64,000 nt of DNA. Origin: Salisapilia sapeloensis CBS 127946. Taxonomy: Eukaryota; Protista; Oomycota. Shown here in pieces: positions 62,407 to 64,000 of this stretch. The DNA is taken from assembly GCA_023334545.1 (NCBI GenBank), contig JAADVB010000026.1, positions 53,086 through 117,085 of the forward strand, in the 5' to 3' direction. Made by a program: the position numbers and the translations under genes. Numbering within the stretch: position 1 is the stretch's first letter; the number at the start of each line of letters is the position of its first letter. A model generated the notes under the pieces. It did no database searches and was not told where the DNA came from. It saw nothing but the letters and a program-made list of their open reading frames with translations.

Positions 62407-63260
62407 GTCGCTATGATTCCGACAAGCTTCCCGTGTGCTAATCTGCATTCACTAAAACTATCCGATTCACTAAATACACGCTGTCCACAGGAGCCAACCA
62501 AGTGTCCAGTCCTTCCTAGCGCTCATTATCGAATTTGCTTCCGACCGCGTTATTCCAGTGATGTCCAATCTTTTTTTATTGGAATTACCGTCCGAGTACA
62601 ACACATGAGGACATATATGGCTGTTTACTGAGGAATACGATACGACATACAGTGGGAAAAGGATGAATAGCTTTGAATACTGACACCTCTTGTTTGAGTT
62701 GGCAGTGACGGCGGCGAGTAGCAAGGAAGTTCCGGTTGCGACACCGCGTGTCGTAGCTGTTCCTTGCTCTTGTCGTCGGCGTTGTTGGCGCTGAGCACAT
62801 TTACGCTTCTTTCTACTCTGATTTCCACTTCTAAATAAATGTTGTACTTTACTTTTTCAATGGATTCAAAGATGAGACCAATTGTAATCTATCTAATAAC
62901 TTTCGTTCTTCCGAGTTTCAGCAATGAAATGTGCGGAGACATACATCGTAACTGAGAATCCATCTCCATGTCATGGTAGCAGCAGTAGCTAAATTCTCGA
63001 TCCATTAGTTTAAAGTAAATAGCAGAGAGTAGTGCACTATCAAGTACTTCCTGCAAGTGTTTAAAGGGCTATAAGAAGGCTCTAGACAAGTATGAGATGC
63101 TAGATTGTGTAGTCACGAGACGATTGAGTTGAGTGAGGCTAGTTTGGAACCTTTCAAGTGAACATGTGATCTGCACTCGTTGCCAACTATCTTGTGACAT
63201 CAAAAAGTCTTGGACTTCGATTATTCTTTGCAAACATCTACGCTACTTTTTGACACGAAT

Positions 63261-64000
63261 CTACAATTCGAACTCTTCTGAGTGGACGTCGAAGGCTTGG
63301 TTGCCAATCTCTCCGATCGTACTATCAACGGCGGACTTGAGAGCCATCGGTCCAGACATGAAGACACCGATCGGCTCTTCATTCCTCGACTGTTGCTCTT
63401 CATGGGCAGTGCGCAAAAGCTGGGAGACATCAGGCCGGACGCCACGACTGACGTTGTAGTGTGCGAGGAGGTCGCGCCGAGTGAGCATGTCCGAGTTCAC
63501 CATGTTGCTTGGTCGGTTCTGCGTTTCGAACGCAGGGTTGTACTGGACACTTGCATACTTCATGGACGCTAACGCTGCTTTGCGACTGTGGTGGTTGTAC
63601 AGGTACACGACGCCGTAGATGAAGAAGAAGAAGAGCAGGCCGAGGAAGCTGAGCAAGAAGCGCTCCAGCGGCCATAGGTTCCGGTGGGGAGCTTTCATGT
63701 TGTTCGAGACCGAGATCGGGTTGTTATACGCGAGCACGAGTAACGAGAATGAGCATACGATGAGGAAAATGACGGAGAGGACAGCTCTCGACCGACCGAG
63801 TGCGAGTGGCACGGCAAACGGTCGAGCCTGAAGTCCATTGCTCTCCATGGGGCGCTCTACATTCTTATCGTTCTCTTTCGGAAGCGGAAGCGCAAGTTGC
63901 TGGTCCAATTGAGCTTCATGATCGGCTCCACTGGATCCTTGCGTCCAGAAGAACTCGAAACGACAGTGCTCTTGTCTCGGGTCCAGCTCCTGCAGCCGCA
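63261..64000 (-). CDS. Ferric reductase / NADPH-oxidase-like flavocytochrome, C-terminal NAD-binding part (5' end beyond the window)
   Basis: Frame is open to the window edge. 'GVRPDV...IGVFMSGPMAL...FDVHSEEFEL*' matches the NAD_binding_6 terminus. Two TM helices are inserted upstream. Confidence 0.8.
   Translation of the reverse strand, partial: RLQELDPRQEHCRFEFFWTQGSSGADHEAQLDQQLALPLPKENDKNVERPMESNGLQARPFAVPLALGRSRAVLSVIFLIVCSFSLLVLAYNNPISVSNNMKAPHRNLWPLERFLLSFLGLLFFFFIYGVVYLYNHHSRKAALASMKYASVQYNPAFETQNRPSNMVNSDMLTRRDLLAHYNVSRGVRPDVSQLLRTAHEEQQSRNEEPIGVFMSGPMALKSAVDSTIGEIGNQAFDVHSEEFEL

Noticed and set aside
62470-63260. Short minus-strand ORFs (e.g. 62625-62828) downstream of the ferric reductase
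   Set aside because: Under 90 aa with no recognisable domain; cannot be distinguished from chance or UTR sequence.

Overview
Eukaryotic, gene-dense window, most likely from an oomycete or a close stramenopile relative. This is inferred from a GPCR-PIP5K fusion gene, oomycete-type Inr/FPR promoter motifs and very short GT-AG introns (about 45-90 nt). About 22 protein genes are present, often in head-to-head pairs sharing 110-220 bp promoters. I see no rRNA, tRNA, CRISPR array or intact mobile element. The dominant feature is one ~30 kb gene (9057-39392, 4 exons, ~10,050 aa by my splice model). It encodes a signal peptide, LamG-like domains, dozens of IPT/TIG repeats, 'E-V/I-Q' beta-rich modules, CPxGxYC cysteine-rich repeats, ~10-11 TM helices and a cytoplasmic CxxC/coiled-coil tail, i.e. 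a giant polytopic receptor or channel-like protein. Other unusual architectures are a Frizzled-type CRD fused to a NIPA Mg2+ transporter, a p25alpha + PH protein, a GPCR-PIPK and a PLK4-like kinase. Housekeeping genes include aspartyl aminopeptidase, HIBCH, PCCB, the PP2A A subunit, PDX2, TMEM209-like, GON4L-like, DUF2009, FAM241-like and a ferric reductase fragment. All domain calls come from motif recognition by eye; no database search was run.
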